From NCBI RefSeq assembly GCF_001186125.1, contig NW_014040496.1, forward strand, positions 20,315 through 75,372: a stretch of DNA of 55,058 nucleotides, written 5' to 3'. The stretch comes from Sphaeroforma arctica JP610. Lineage: Eukaryota. A model generated the notes under the pieces. It saw nothing but the letters and a program-made list of their open reading frames with translations, searched no databases and had not been told where the DNA came from. Shown here piece by piece: positions 26,061-47,790 of the stretch (within the stretch, counting starts at the first letter, position 1; every line of letters begins with the position of its first letter). The position numbers and the translations under genes are program-made.

Positions 26061-26398
26061 TGTCGAAAAATTTTGGCCAATGAATTTTGACGAGTCATCA
26101 CCTCACGACCCTTGCGAAACGACTAAATATAGAATTAATAAGAAATCGCGAATAGGTTAGAGTCAGCTTAAAGTTCGTAGACATTACGTAGACATTTAGG
26201 CTTAGTTGTAGACCTTTAGACCGCTACGGGTCTGTCGGAAATTGTATAAATAGGGTAGTATAGTAGCTTGCAATCCTCAGACTTCAACACAGAGGATAAA
26301 GAAAGAATAGAGAAGGATTGCCGGGATTACTTGAATCGTAGGGGCCGAGCCAAGAATCAATAAAGAATACAACCGAGAGTTATTGCCCAAGTCTTTTG
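26061..26398 (+). repeat. Possible solo-LTR-like sequence
   Basis: It starts TGT, has TATAAATA at ~26245 and AATAAA at ~26359. There is no partner copy in the window. Confidence 0.3.
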
Positions 26399-26850
26399 AT
26401 AGGGATAATATTATTTATTTCAAAAATGGCAAATATGTATGATACAATGTATGAACATATGGTGTGGCTCTCATGGTCGCTGTAGTGGTTCAGGAAAGAT
26501 TGATGGGAAGAAGCGGTCAGTAAATTCCCGTTTGAAGCTTGGGCCAAGTGAGTCGACAATGGAAGATATGTGCTGAGTCAATTCGGGCCGGTGTTGACAA
26601 AACACTGATACTATCGAATGTTCCATATATTCGCTTGCTGACCCACTAGGTAGAGTACCCACCTCTGTGGTACGGATCGGGTCTGCGCCGTGTAGTGGCG
26701 CGGTTCAGGGTTCCTAGTGTATTGTGGACCAGGATTTTGGACTCGGGGCTTTTCGGGTTTAGCCAAGGATTTGTGGAATCTTGGGATTGCCGGTCCACGG
26801 TCAAATCGGGATCAGGACGGTAAATTAGGGTCAGGGATCTTATAAAATAC
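26399..26850 (-). mobile_element. 5'-truncated 3' end of a related, divergent LINE
   Basis: ELTQHISSIVDSLGPSFKREF...FPSIFPEPLQRP* aligns with the LINE copy 1 C-terminus ELTHCMYSIVISLAPSFSRQF...FPSNFPELLRRI*. It shares the 3' terminal motif AAATAAATAnTATTATCCCTAT. Confidence 0.75.
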
Positions 26851-28170
26851 ATAAATATGGGGGAGGGGGAAACCCCCCCTCCCTTGATGGCCATATTTGT
26901 TGTGTTTTTGGTTTGTTTTGTTTTGAAATAAATATATAAATAAATAAATAAATAAATTCACTGCCTCCATGCCTCTAAATATTTAAAAAATATATAAATA
27001 AAATCAAACTGTTTACAGTCAAACCTCAAGATAATGTCCAGGGTCCGTCCTGAGCCAAAAAGTGAACAATTAAAGAGATAGACAGACTCTGGGACAGGTA
27101 CACCCTCTATACGTTCAGGCGCTGATGATGACCTCAGCTCAAGCCGTTTCAAGTTAAAGCTTTTATATATACCTTGGCTATGCGTCAAAGTTCAATTTCT
27201 ATTACATACATGGTCCTGTAAATTTTCATGGAGAACCCAGTAATTGGAGTGGTGGTCAGGTCTATTGGGCATGTAGTAATACTTTCTTCCTCGTATGTTG
27301 GCATGATGTTTGTTCGTCAATGACAACTAACTGGCTTCAGGCATATATAGCTATATTTGTGTGGAATAGTATTGTACTTGTGTATACTGTGTAGTCTGTC
27401 GGCTCAGCCTGCAGGTCTGCCGCAATTTGTGTGTGTTTGTATAGACTGTAAACGCCGCCACTGTTTGGTATTTAATTGTAAAAGTTGTTGGGAAAATGTG
27501 CTGTCAGTTAAAAATAGGAAATGCGTCATGACTTTCAATGCTAGAGTTTATAATCGATCGAAACAGCTGCTATAGCCCATTTCGTGATTTTTAGGTGCAT
27601 AATCGAAGTGCAATTTTGGGGGTTTCGTTGGTTATATATTAGCGTTGAACCCGTTTAAAAAAAGTTTATACGACATGAAAATAAACATTAACGTTCAATT
27701 TTTAATCAGTACACCCATAACGTATTGAGCTTGGCGCTGACCTGTGGCCGTGGGACAGTATCAGAGCAAAGCATTCTTTAGATACTTCGACTTGCGTAAT
27801 TATATTTTTACTCATAGTCTTTCCGGGCTGTACTCCATCACAATTTGTAAAATAAAGTGAAATATGTAGTCCTAATATATATATGGGGTCACCCATATTT
27901 AAAGTGGACAGTTAAAGAGGTAGTATTTAGAAGGCTATGTCATACGAAAAATTGTCTTTTGTTTTTAAAAAACAAAAACAAAAAAAACATATATACAGTA
28001 CTTTTTTACAACAAAAATATAGAAAAACATAAATAATAAATAATAAATAAAATATTTACATTTCAAGTTTAAAAATAGTAATATTGATGAAGACATTCTA
28101 CAGTTATGTAAATAGTTACATGAACTGGATGGGACCGCAGTAGTAGGGTTGGTTTCGGGAGGCATTCATC

Positions 28171-35698
<7,528 letters not shown>

Positions 35699-37136
35699 CG
35701 TAGACTTAATAATAATGAAAGTATCACCTGACAATTTCCACACAGTATCGAGATTGATGTGCCCAAATTCCGGTCTTGATTTTGGTAGTTAACGTAGACT
35801 TAATAATGATGAAAGTATCACCTGGCAATTCTTCACACTGTATTGAGAAGATGTGCCTTTATTTTGGCATTGATTTGGGTGATTTTCTTGCCAGCGACGT
35901 ACAGGCCAATCTCAGCTGTAGGCGATACGCCTTCTAGAAATGCCAAGGTTAAATCCTAGAGAAGCCACTACCAGTTCGTACTCGTGCTTCGACTCAGATT
36001 GTAGCCTCTTGCACCACCAGTCTGTAATGGCAAAGTCGAGAAGTGAGCGAATGTGTGTGTGTGCACAGTAGCACAAAATCCAGACAAGCAAATCGATAGT
36101 ATCAGCGGATATTCATATATATATATATAGCGGAAACACAAAAATCATGGTAGTATTATTGTATAGGCACTCGAGACACGAGTTGTTAAGCAACAGACTT
36201 ACCAGAGGCCTGGGTAGTTGGGGCTTCGTGAAACGTTTGTTCATCGCGCTCCGTTCTGCGAAGAAAAATGATTGAAAGTCAGAACAACTTGATTGATAAA
36301 CATGCGACTCAAGACAAAAACGCAATAACTACATTATATAACGCAAAAGAAGTTCATGTGACTTCGTAAACAAAACTCAGAAAGCAAAGCGATCCGAAAG
36401 CAACTCGCATCTCGACAACGAACATACCTAGTTCTTTTTCAGCTTGAGAGTCGGTTGTTGGATTTGGTGCACGAGACCCACTACTTGTCATCGTCCTTGA
36501 ATGGCTGTGCGGTGTATTGCGGAGTAGTACGCCAAGTTAAGACTGACTGCCTGATATTCGTACAAATATCAAGTTACACCTCCGAGTAAACGAGGCGATA
36601 AACCGCATAAGGCACACAGACAGATGCTACCGTCAAGCGTAGTTATACTATCGGCCAGGTAGTGAAAACGATAAGACTACTAACTGGAATGATCCTAACA
36701 AGCAATCCATATATTTGAGACATCAACTCGGTCTACATTTACTGCAAGCAATGATACGTATGTGTCGCGTTAGTGATATGATCATGCAGCGAATCCATAT
36801 TTCTTTTGTGCTAACTCGAAAAGAAGTAATAACCTATTTCGGAATACCGAATAGGGCTTAAGACGAAACCAGAGGCTTTGATTTTGTTTAAAGACGATGT
36901 GCTTTTCGCAATTAGTTTCATATTTATGAGGGCATAACGCCGAAATATGTTGTTTCAAATGACACTTGAAATGAATTTCTTCGATTGACACACATACTAA
37001 CCTTTGTCCATCTTTCAGATACGCGGCTCTGTTTGACTTCATGCTGTGTCGATTTTCATTGGGTAGTCCATTTAATGATACGTGCCTTGTTACACGCTCG
37101 TCGTGCCCGTGAGCATCGTGAATTGAAAAGCCCTTC

Positions 37137-40100
37137 TCATTTTTTCGGTCTATAAGCGGGCCCTGTTAGGAATATCAAAACATTATGAGTCACCGGAGTC
37201 GCTTCACACAGAAACAAAACAATACAAAAACACAACAAAACAAAAACGCATGTCCAGATTCACGTGGATTTGTATGGTTATTTTTTACATATCTGAAGAC
37301 ACAATGTGAACGACCATGAGTATGCGGTGGTATTAATACATATATCTATACAAGTCTTTCCCTATGTATGTTTATCTATACAAGTCTTTCCCTATGTATG
37401 TTTATCTATACAAGTCTTTCCCTATGTATGTTTATCTATACAAGTCTTTCCCTATATATGTTTATCTGTACAAGTCTTTTCCTATGTATGTTTATTTATA
37501 CAAGTCTTTCAGTCTTCAAATATGAGTTACTATGGATACTGATGTGTATGCTGTACATTGATACGTATGAAGTCTTTAATGCGGAAATAAATGAAAATGC
37601 AGATGCAAATGTGGATGTAAACATATATGACTTCAAAAATATAAGTATATAAGGCTGCATACATTTTTCAATATCCGTATCAGCCATGCAATTATTTAGC
37701 AAATGTAGCAAACTGCTTAAATAGTTTGAGTTCATCTTCTGGTCCCACTGATGAAAATATACAAGCTGCGATGGACTTATGAACTGAACACTTTTCTTTG
37801 TATCCAGCAGCAGCCATACCTTGGTTTTGTGCTTTTCTGCTTGCGATCGTGCATAGGCCGCTTGCGCGTGGGAGCTCAACGCTGTCGGTTTAGTAAATAT
37901 ATGATTCGTAGGCCTGTTGGGTATGGAATGCACAATCAGCATTATTTGAAAACGAGCACATGGAAATACATTGGCACGGAAATAAACTTTCAAAATGAAA
38001 TCTGGGCGATATTATTGGACGAAAAGGACAGCACGTCCCTAGAGACGCAAATGACTCAACAATCTTCCCTGAACGCCTTTTTCGTTGAAGAGTTAGAATT
38101 CGCAGAGCTATGACATTTTGAACTTCACGAGTATACCCGAGGTGTACTATGCGGTCAAAAGAACAATACAAATTATTTACAATTAACTAGGAATCTTCAG
38201 ATACATACACGGTAATAAATCATTCGAGGTCTAATTGACATTGATAGACAACATTCAATATACTTTAAATAGTGACTCACCTTGCTACATTCAAAGCAGT
38301 GCGACCGTGTACGTGTTGATTAGTCCCACTTCTCGCGGCAACGGCATGTGTGCGTATCGTTTGTCGCACTGTATGCGTGTCTGCCTTCGTTAAACTAGTT
38401 GTCTGTACCTGTGCATGTGCTCGTGGGAGCACGTGTGCGTGTGACTGTTGTTGCTGCCGTGCCAGCAGGCTCTGTTGTTGCCGCTGTCGGGTCTTAAGGG
38501 CGAGTTCTTGGCCCATTATACTCACCTGAGTATGAAATGCGAAGAAGATGAGAAGGCGTATAGCGGAGAAGACTTCATTCGTACCCATTGAAACGAAGCT
38601 ATCGATACACAAAATTAAGGAGGTCAACGCTCCAGATTTGTACGAAGCAAAGCAAACAAAGAAAATGTTACAGCATAATTTTTATACAAGCACTTACCTC
38701 TAAAGCTCTCACTTCCCGTTGTCGCTTCTGTAATGCCTTTGTCTTGTCTGATAGCTCGCGGGTGAAGTCAGCAAGTTGACCGGGACTCAGCATGGAGTCA
38801 CCACCCACACCTTTCACCACATCTGCGGCTATGTCTGCAGCAGTTGGTCGTCTGTTAAATCCATCAGATAAGAAATCCATCAGACAGGTACAAACAGGAA
38901 TACGTTGCCCAAGTGCAAGCAACATCTACTAGCTTTCTGATCTCAGTGCAGAAACCTTTCCGTGGTTGAATTTAATTAATATGAAGTTACCATACCATTA
39001 ACCACATCTGTGGCTATGTTTGCAGTAGTAGAATGTGGTTGGAAGACGCATCCAGCTGGAAATCCCCAAATATGCACACAGATCGCATATCATACCGCAA
39101 TCATACACCTGTGGCATACATGTTTGTACTTTTTACATGACCATGTCAATGTGAGGTAAACCTGCATCTACATGCATGCATCTGCGGTAGCTTAAATATA
39201 TGGCTACCCTTCTTCGGAGACATACTATCACAGTACGGATCCAGACTTACTTGGTAGGGTCTGGGTCACACATCTTTCGAATTAACATGGCAAATTTTGC
39301 GCTGCATTGCGGCATTTCTTTCAAATTGCCTTCCCTTAAATCGGTCCAATCCTTTCCATTCTTCGGGAGGTCCTCATCGATTGCCTAGGAGGTGCAAAAG
39401 TTTACACGCGCATGTTATGGCAGATCCTGGCTGGCAGCTAGCACACTTGTGACAAAATAGTTCTAGTCAACTGAGTCAGAAACAATCTATTCCAAACAGA
39501 AATAGTACTTACAATGCCATAAATTAGAAGTCCGAGTCCGAATATATCGGCTTTTCGTAAGTTTCGGGTGTCTTCGGCTAATATTTCGGGTGCCAAGTAC
39601 CGACAGTCCCCTTCGTTCAGTACATCGGGCGTTTTAGAAGACACCGCATGGCCAAAATCACCGAGTTTGTACAGGAACTATATCAAGGTTAAAATTGATG
39701 AGGGAATTAGTAGTGATCGGACAGAAGCTACATCACGGTTAAGATTGATGAGGGAATTAGTAGTGATCGGACAGAAGCTATATCAACTAGCAGTCCTAGC
39801 CTACAGGTTATGTACTTTACCATCACAGCCTAAAAAACTCAGGAAATAGAATGCACTGAAACGACGTGCACAAGTTCATAGAAAGTAGGAAGAGCAGCAC
39901 ACCTTCGGCAACTCCTGATCCACGGGCTTCGAATTGGGGTGGCAGATTGCGCACACATATTTGTTGCCATTAGGCATCTTCGGCACACCCACACCCTCAT
40001 GCGCAGACTTCACATTAGAATTCGCCGACCACTCATCAGCACCGTTGGCCCTGTGTAAACTTTGGTGACTCTCGTTGGCGTCGACGTTCTGGTTTTCGTC

Positions 40101-43100
40101 TGAAAGAAAGAAATATGTCTCAATTAGGAACACGCACCGTTGAAGAATTGCATTATATCCGCGAATACAAAATACCTATCATCACACCTCCATATAATAG
40201 TGTTGATATTTTAACGCTTATTTTTTTAAAAGAAATAATACAAAATCTTATCCACGGAATTATACAGAGTGAGCGCAAGATTGGAACACTGCTAGTACAT
40301 ACTATCCGATATGTAGTCTCCCCCCCCCCCCCCTCACGATACACATCACTTATAAACCGGGAAACAGCATATACTAAGTCCTCACTTCGCACTTACGTGT
40401 GAAACTCGGCGTGTCTGGTATTCGGCCAGCATGCCGCAGTTTTGAGGAGTGCAAATGTGACGTTCCATCAGCCAAGGCTTCATCCTGTTGGTTTGAGATA
40501 ATACATAGAATTTAGTATGGTATGCCACAATGATCAATATAAACTAAAAGAAAGACGAAGTGTGTAAATAATAGATACCAGCTACGGGTCGAGAATCGAC
40601 TCCAATATCAACCAAAGAGTATGCCCCAACTCACATTGAATATAGTGGGAGTCTTTTCGGATTTTAAATCGCTTGAAAGCCGGTGCTTTGCGCAAAGACG
40701 TACCAAGTGTATGTTTTAGCAGCGCTTGCGGAAGATAGAATGATAGAACAAGTTATGACAATCCTCACATCGCGCCATCGAGAGTTACACGTCACAAGAA
40801 AGAAGAAAAAGGCAGACCACGTTTTCAACGAGCAGTTCTCGACTTACCCCTCGTCTGTGGTCGACGTATTCTTCGGTGTTGCATAGTGCTTTGACAAAGA
40901 CATTCTTCGGTTTCAGGTCCATATGAACGATGCCATGATTATGAATAAATTTCAAACCCTGTGCGTAATGTATATATATAGGCAGTGTCAGTAGGAAGAT
41001 TTAAGACCTAAAAGGGAAGCATGTGAACAAGCGATTACTCGATCATACGATCACGTGTGAAGGGAGGCAATTTGTGTCCTTATGCATTACCACCTGCCAT
41101 AGTGCACCTTCTAGAATGCGAAGATATAGGAGAGAAAACAAGGAAGAAAACACAATCTAGTCAGTCCAAAGTACTAATTTTATCAACGAATTCCCCCTCC
41201 CGGATGTATACTCATAACTTTCGTTCGGACATACCTCTGCTAGCTGCCACAGTATCTCGGTCAGCATGTGTTGGCATGGTGGATCTGATCGGCGATCTGT
41301 TGGATTATACCGATAACGAGTATGTAAGCGAGTAACAGGGATTGCCAAGCCTATTGGAAATAAACGCTACAACATGGAGAATCTGAACAGATCCACATTC
41401 CGTAGCCAGCAAACAAGCTACACTTGCCCGAGGACTAAATGTATATATTCACGACTCCCACATTCGAGAAGGAAAATACCACCTGGACCTGTTTGTATCC
41501 CGTCACATGGCGTATAGGGGTACGATACCGTCCGCTTCTATTAGTCTCACTAAGCACATACTGGCAAAACCAGATATAAACACCACCTTTCACTTACCTA
41601 CAAAATCGCACAAGTTGCCCATGTTACAGTACTCATTCTGGATGTGCATCAAACAATCCTCCACCCACGACGTATGATATCGCACCACGTGGGGCGAGTC
41701 TCCAAAGGCCGAGATTGCGGCGTGTGCATACACTTCTCTGTGAATCGGCTGCCTGCTCGGAGTACATGAATAAAAGTAGACGTACTTCTTTGCACAATAT
41801 AACGACAGAGCACCCAGGGTAGAACAAAGTGCACACATCGGAATGTTTAACTGTATGTACATACCTGCCCAGTTTCTGATATATACTTTCTTAAAAAGCT
41901 GTATTCTAGCTTTTAAAATGAGGATGCAAATCACGCCCAGTATCAACCTTTCGTAGTCAATATTTCGAACAGGCATACAGCCATCAAAACGATATCTGTG
42001 CTTGGGTTTAATCTGCACGCAAATTGTCGCATCAGTCAGTACTGGCGTCATAGCCAAGAGCGATTAGAGTTGATACGTATTACACTTACGTTTTGAATCG
42101 CTTTATCGCGTAGTAGGCTTTGTCCAATTTTCGATAGCACAAGAACACATTCCCGAATGATCCTGATCCAAGCGCAGAGATCTCCGTAAATTCTTCTCGA
42201 TACCTGCTCGTGGTTTTGACAGGTTTGTTCGATAGCCCTGAAGATTTCATGGCAATTTGAATGGGCATAAGAACGTATGTAAAAGTAATTATACACGTCT
42301 TTAGAAACAGCTGGGCAAATCAACTGCATTCTCGGAATACGCATGGTCGATAGCCCTGAAGATTTCATGGCAATTTGAATGGGCATAAGAACGAATGTAT
42401 AAGTAATTATACATATTATTATACACGTCTTTAGAAACAGCTGGGTAAATCAACTGCATTCTCGGAATACGCATGGTCGAAAAAACAAAAATAGTCATTC
42501 GCCAACAACTGCGTACAAAGTCACATATTTCATTGTGCCCACATGACCACGGAAGAAAGTTAATCTAGGGGAGCAACTAAATTATACGCATTGCGACTTG
42601 AAGGTGAGCCTGTGCTAAAAACTTATATATACATATACATATATTTAACTGCCGCGCTTCTATGTGTACACATTTAGGTGCATACCTTTTCGAGTATAAG
42701 ACTGATCATCTTCGAGTGCCATTTCCGGATGACGAATTCTAGCCCTGGCAGGCGATCCTACCACGTGCAGGGTGGTAAGGTTTAACATGTTTAATAAATC
42801 GAAATGAGCTGTAAAAAAGGTCTTAATGCTCAAACACATTATAAATATATGAAAGCCCATTATGTTTTAGGTAAACATATGTAATCCATTATGTTTAAAT
42901 CCTAAACACATTACAAATATATGCAATCCATTATGTTTAAATTCTAAACACATTATAAACATATGAAAGCCCATTATCTTTATCAAACACCTATTACTTT
43001 ATGATAAAAATCCATAACACATTGGAAACATATGAAAGCCCGTTATGTTTAAATCTCAAACACATTATAAATACATGTAATCCATTGTCCTTAAATCCAT

Positions 43101-44707
43101 AACACATAGACTTCAGGAATAGACTCAGTAAGACCTCAGGAATAGACTCAGTAAGTCCTCAGGAACAGACTCAGTATGACCTCAGGAATAGACTCAGTAT
43201 GACCTCAGGAATAGACTCACTAAGACCTCAGGATTAGACTCTATAAGACCTCAGGAATAGACTCACTTGGCATTTCCGCGGTAGACAGGTTGTACTCGCG
43301 TCTTTCGGGTGTACATCCAGGCGATGAGGGCATTCGAGACAGCCCTTTGTCCTTCCTGGTTGTAGATGACATATGTCGCTGCGTCACATTCGTTGTAATT
43401 CTGTTGGATGGTTATCATTATGCGGTTAGTGCAGTACTGACAGTTGGGAACACATTGACTATACACACACACGCACGCACACATATAGCTAAAGAGCAAA
43501 ATTTCACTCTCACATACGTCGCATCGCCATTTCGACCATGTATGTTCTCAACCCGAGTCCAATGCATAGTACTATAGCAAAATAAACAATCATACCATGC
43601 CAGTCTTGTATCTGCCGTTCACTTACAACAACGTACCTGGGCCGGTGCACATTCCCGTTGTGTGGGTTGCGGGACGTGGTCAGTGTCACATTACTACCAC
43701 AAGCAGTTCCTTTCACATTCAGATTGCATTCAAGCGTTGCTAGGCATCCATTGAGATTCCCATTCGCATCTGAATTGCCTTTTGCGTACTCCGAATTCGG
43801 ATTGATTGTACTGCTCGCCTTCGACCTCACTCCGGTGGGAGGTCTAGCGTGACTTGGCGTCTTATTTGTCATTGTTCGTGTGTGCGGTGTGCGGTTTTCA
43901 TTGGGCGTATTACTATGTGCGTGTGGTGTTCTGTTCGCGTGTGGGGTGTTTGTGTGTGGAGTATTGTGATTCCGTGACGAGGTAGTATTTGCCTGTGATT
44001 GACCGTGTTTGTGCACAGCAGATTCAGTAGCCTGAGCCCCATTCGGCTGTCGCGATGACGCTGCTAAACTCGTGGGATGCCGTCTGTGACCAAGTTGCAG
44101 ATACATGTAAGGTAAGTACAGTCTGTGAAGTACGACTTGATACTTCATGAAGGTTCACTATTCGATATAATATATCGCTAGGTATATGAGAACAGGTGCA
44201 AGTATACATGCGACACTACGTCAAGTGTGATAATGAGACCTATATGCAGCCATGCAAGTGAATGTCTTTCGACACTCCCATTTCTGTAACGAATTATTTG
44301 AGTTGGTCGTGCCAACACGGGCGATGATAATAGTACAAACCGAAAAAGAAAAAGAAAAGCTCATTCCAATATGCCTTAATGACGTACTGCACAACTGTAT
44401 AAACCCATCGATCCATTCATGAACCACATATACACACGGGCCTTACACAGCATACTGAACGACATGTGGGGGCCATCACTTACTCTAGTGGTCTGGCGAA
44501 ATAGTGATCCTCATTGAAACGCACATCTGGACTAAAACATGTCTCAAACGACAGCCGTGCGCGTTTGACAGGCGAGGTTTTGTTGGGCGTGGCCATGTCC
44601 CATGCATCGTTCAGTGTCATTTCCAGCCCCGCTGGCGTTTCAGGCGAGAACCCAGTTGACTGTGAACCGAGTGGTGAGGAAATAAATAATATCCGCTGTG
44701 CGGCCAT
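37137..44707 (-). CDS. WEE1: Wee1-family protein kinase, multi-exon (both ends tentative; possible extra 5' exon at 46234-46073)
   Basis: Motifs are SRYREEF...[10 protein letters not shown]...[21 protein letters not shown]...[26 protein letters not shown], the Wee1 signature [12 protein letters not shown], and KADIFGLGL. The N-terminus is SP/TP rich. Confidence 0.9.
37346..37510. repeat. 30-bp minisatellite (TCTATACAAGTCTTTCCCTATGTATGTTTA) x ~5.5, intronic
   Basis: Direct tandem copies are visible. Confidence 0.9.
42826..43105. repeat. Degenerate ~40-45 bp AT-rich tandem repeat (AAACACATTATAAATATATGAAAGCCCATTATGTTT)
   Basis: Several imperfect copies lie in a Wee1 intron. Confidence 0.7.
43107..43267. 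repeat. 23-bp minisatellite (GACCTCAGGAATAGACTCAGTAA) x ~7 abutting a Wee1 splice donor
   Basis: Direct tandem copies are visible. Confidence 0.9.
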
Positions 44708-45482
44708 ATCTCGCCTCTCTCAGCGAGAATGTAGCAATTTTGTCTATTCTTGGATCTGATGTTTCGCTCGAGTGCCCATAATTATAGTATTGATGCATTA
44801 CACGGGCATACTTTTAGACAGACAGCATGCGAAAATGGAAACATAACAGACGAGCAAGAAGCGAACACCATTGTATAGTGCTTCAAATGTCTGTCGCGGC
44901 TGCGACTACATGAGCGTAAATACTACTCTGAGCATTTATAACTTTGCATCATTTTGGAGGCTTAAAATACACAGACCTGGTAATTATCTGTATCTTTCGA
45001 AACTCTTCATCCAATCGAGAATCGTGTATAAAGAAATAGAAATCGACACACAAACCATGGGCAGCAATAAGAAAAGAAATCTGCATCTGCTCACACCTTT
45101 AGAGAGCTGGTGATTTGCATTCTAAAACATACACTATTAGAGGTAAAACAGTAGTGAGGTTTAACAACCACTGACACGATACTGATGTGATCCCTTTGGT
45201 ATAATATCAGACTGTTCGGAATCCGCACAAAAGTTCCCCACAGTGACTTTCGGCGTCACAAAAATCTACAAAATATACAGATACAAGCAGACAACAATAA
45301 GTTGCTGACACTGAGATCAAAACACTACAAACAAATCAATATTAATTCAAACCAGTAGAATTCATCGAATACCTCAAAGCAAATGAGCCGAATTTCTTAC
45401 ATACACATGTGAAATTATAGGCACAGATATTTAATCGCAGATTATGCAAACGCAATCGGATATAAATCATTGTATCATATAG

Positions 45483-45484
<2 letters not shown>

Positions 45485-45518
<34 letters not shown>

Positions 45519-45596
45519 TATATGAATATAAGAAATGTATGAATACATATATAAATATTAATAGTCATATGAATACATACCCCCCCCCTCCCCCAC

Positions 45597-45634
<38 letters not shown>

Positions 45635-45820
45635 AATATAAATATATATATATCTATGCACAAACGTATAAATGTAAATAAAAATACAAATACGATTATA
45701 TATAAGCAGAAAAATATGTATACATACACACACACATATATATATATACAAACACACACACACACGCACACGCACACACACACGCATATATATATATATA
45801 TATATATGCATATGCATATG
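45485..45820. repeat. (TA)n/(CA)n microsatellite cluster
   Basis: Seen directly in the sequence. Confidence 0.9.
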
Positions 45821-47169
45821 TAAAACGTTTTTAGAATTGTCAGATACACAAGTTCAATCAAAAGAAGATGAGCAGAAACAAAATTCAGATAAACCTTTAC
45901 AAACTATGTATCATAATTTGCATATCAGTTTATCATACTCGTATGGCAGCAACAAGAACTAAGTAAAAATTTGCTCAGATGCGTATGTCACCATCACTGG
46001 TATATTAGAGATGAATACTAACAACAACTAACAAACCATTCAATATGTCTCAAAAAACAACTTGTGACTTACGGTGCCTGCCCGGTGGGTCTGCCTGAGC
46101 GAAGATTTAATAGACGGTGTGGACGTGTTGAATTGAAACCCCGGACTATCTGTTGACCGCCTTCGATTGTTCGAATCAATTTTCCTCGGTTTGACAAAAG
46201 CATTGAACGCTACGGGGGTATCTAATTTAACCATCCTGCCTGAGTCAATTCACTTCTTATTTTTTTCTTCCAAGTATTCGCTTGCTACTTGTTGCAAGAT
46301 ACTTTATAAGCGTATAATCGAAGAAGAGGTGCCAGAACTTATCAACCCTCTACCCAAGGGGGTGAATGGCCACAAATCCGTATATCCCGCGGCAAATACG
46401 TGGAATACTACGTGAATGCTCCTTAATATATGGGAAATAACTAGCACAAAATTGCACAGATTAATATTAAGTTGACGCTGTACAATCAGGTACATGCTTT
46501 GTCACTCTCTGCCTGACATTTGCGCTCGAACGCTTCGTACCATATAATCGTCGTCAATAACTACTATCGTATCCTGAAGTGCGTTCATATAGCGTATGCA
46601 CTTATTTCATGCTATTCTGTCCTAAAGTGTGTTCATATAGCGTATGCACTTTATGCAGCATAGCTGATTCGAAGTATATTTACATGCAACTAAAAAATCA
46701 TAAAAAAAAGAATAATTTTCTCCATGATGGATGATGCAATCGTGAATTTATTATGGAACCATTTGCCGCCCAATTTACGGTTGTACTTTTGTTCCATAAA
46801 GTATACTTTGCCGGCCGGCCGGCCGGCCGGCCCCTGGCTCACTGGCTGGCTATAGATTAAAATATTTATATTTATGCAAATTAAAATAGAAATGGCGGCT
46901 TTCATAGCTTTTATAATTCCTTTATTGGTTATTTAAAAAAAAGGGCAACTATACATTAACATAGAGCCTTCTAAAATACTAAAAATCGAGACAATAATAT
47001 GTACTAAATATTAAATATTTACATGTTTCGAAGAAGGCTATGACAAACATATCACCAGTCCCTTTTTTAACTCTCGGATAGTATCCGACCGTCATTTTCA
47101 GTTCAAATCATTTATCCCAAACTCAGTACAATTAACATGACGGCATTTTAAAAGTACACATAAAGAACA

Positions 47170-47790
47170 CCATATTTATGCACATTTACACACGTTTACA
47201 TTTTACCCTATATAACGACATTCGTACAAATCCAAACGGTAACCATATAAACCGTTAATATATATCACCATATGTACAAATACACACATTTACCTTATAA
47301 CACCAAGCGTACATTTACACTCCGTTATCATAAGGTGCAAATACACACGGTTTCTATACGAAAAAAGGTACATTTACACACAGCTATCATACATCGCTGT
47401 ATGCTCACACACGTTTACCATATAGCATCATTCGTTCAAATACACACGGCTACCTTAGAACACCATAGGTGCAAATACGCGCGGTTAAATTATATTACCA
47501 TATGTATAAGTATACACGTTTACCACATGCCACCATTCGTACAAATACACACGGTTAGCATACATCTCCATGGGTGCAAATACACACGGTTAACATATAT
47601 CACCATATATACAAGTATACACGTTTACCATGTTTCACCATTTGTACACATACACACGGTAAGCATACAACACCATAGGTGAAAATACGCCCAAATAACA
47701 TATATCACCATATGTATAAGTATACATGGTTCCCAAATGTAAAAATGCATACGGTTACCTTATATCACCATATGTACATTTTACACACTG
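47170..47790. repeat. Degenerate tandem repeat (ATACACACGGTTA...TATATCACCATATGTA)
   Basis: Recurring ACACACGG/ACACGTTTACC and TATCACCATATG blocks. Confidence 0.65.

Noticed and set aside
26858..26886. G/C hairpin GGGGGAGGGGGAAACCCCCCCTCCC resembling a terminator
   Set aside because: The context is eukaryotic, and low-complexity G/C runs are common in this window.
43107..43267. CRISPR-like appearance of the short repeat arrays (also 37346-37510 and the LTR 38-mers)
   Set aside because: The units are head-to-tail with no unique spacers, there are no cas genes, and the context is eukaryotic.
45342..47682. ORFs at 45342-45861 and 47272-47682
   Set aside because: They derive from simple or degenerate tandem repeats and show no protein motifs.
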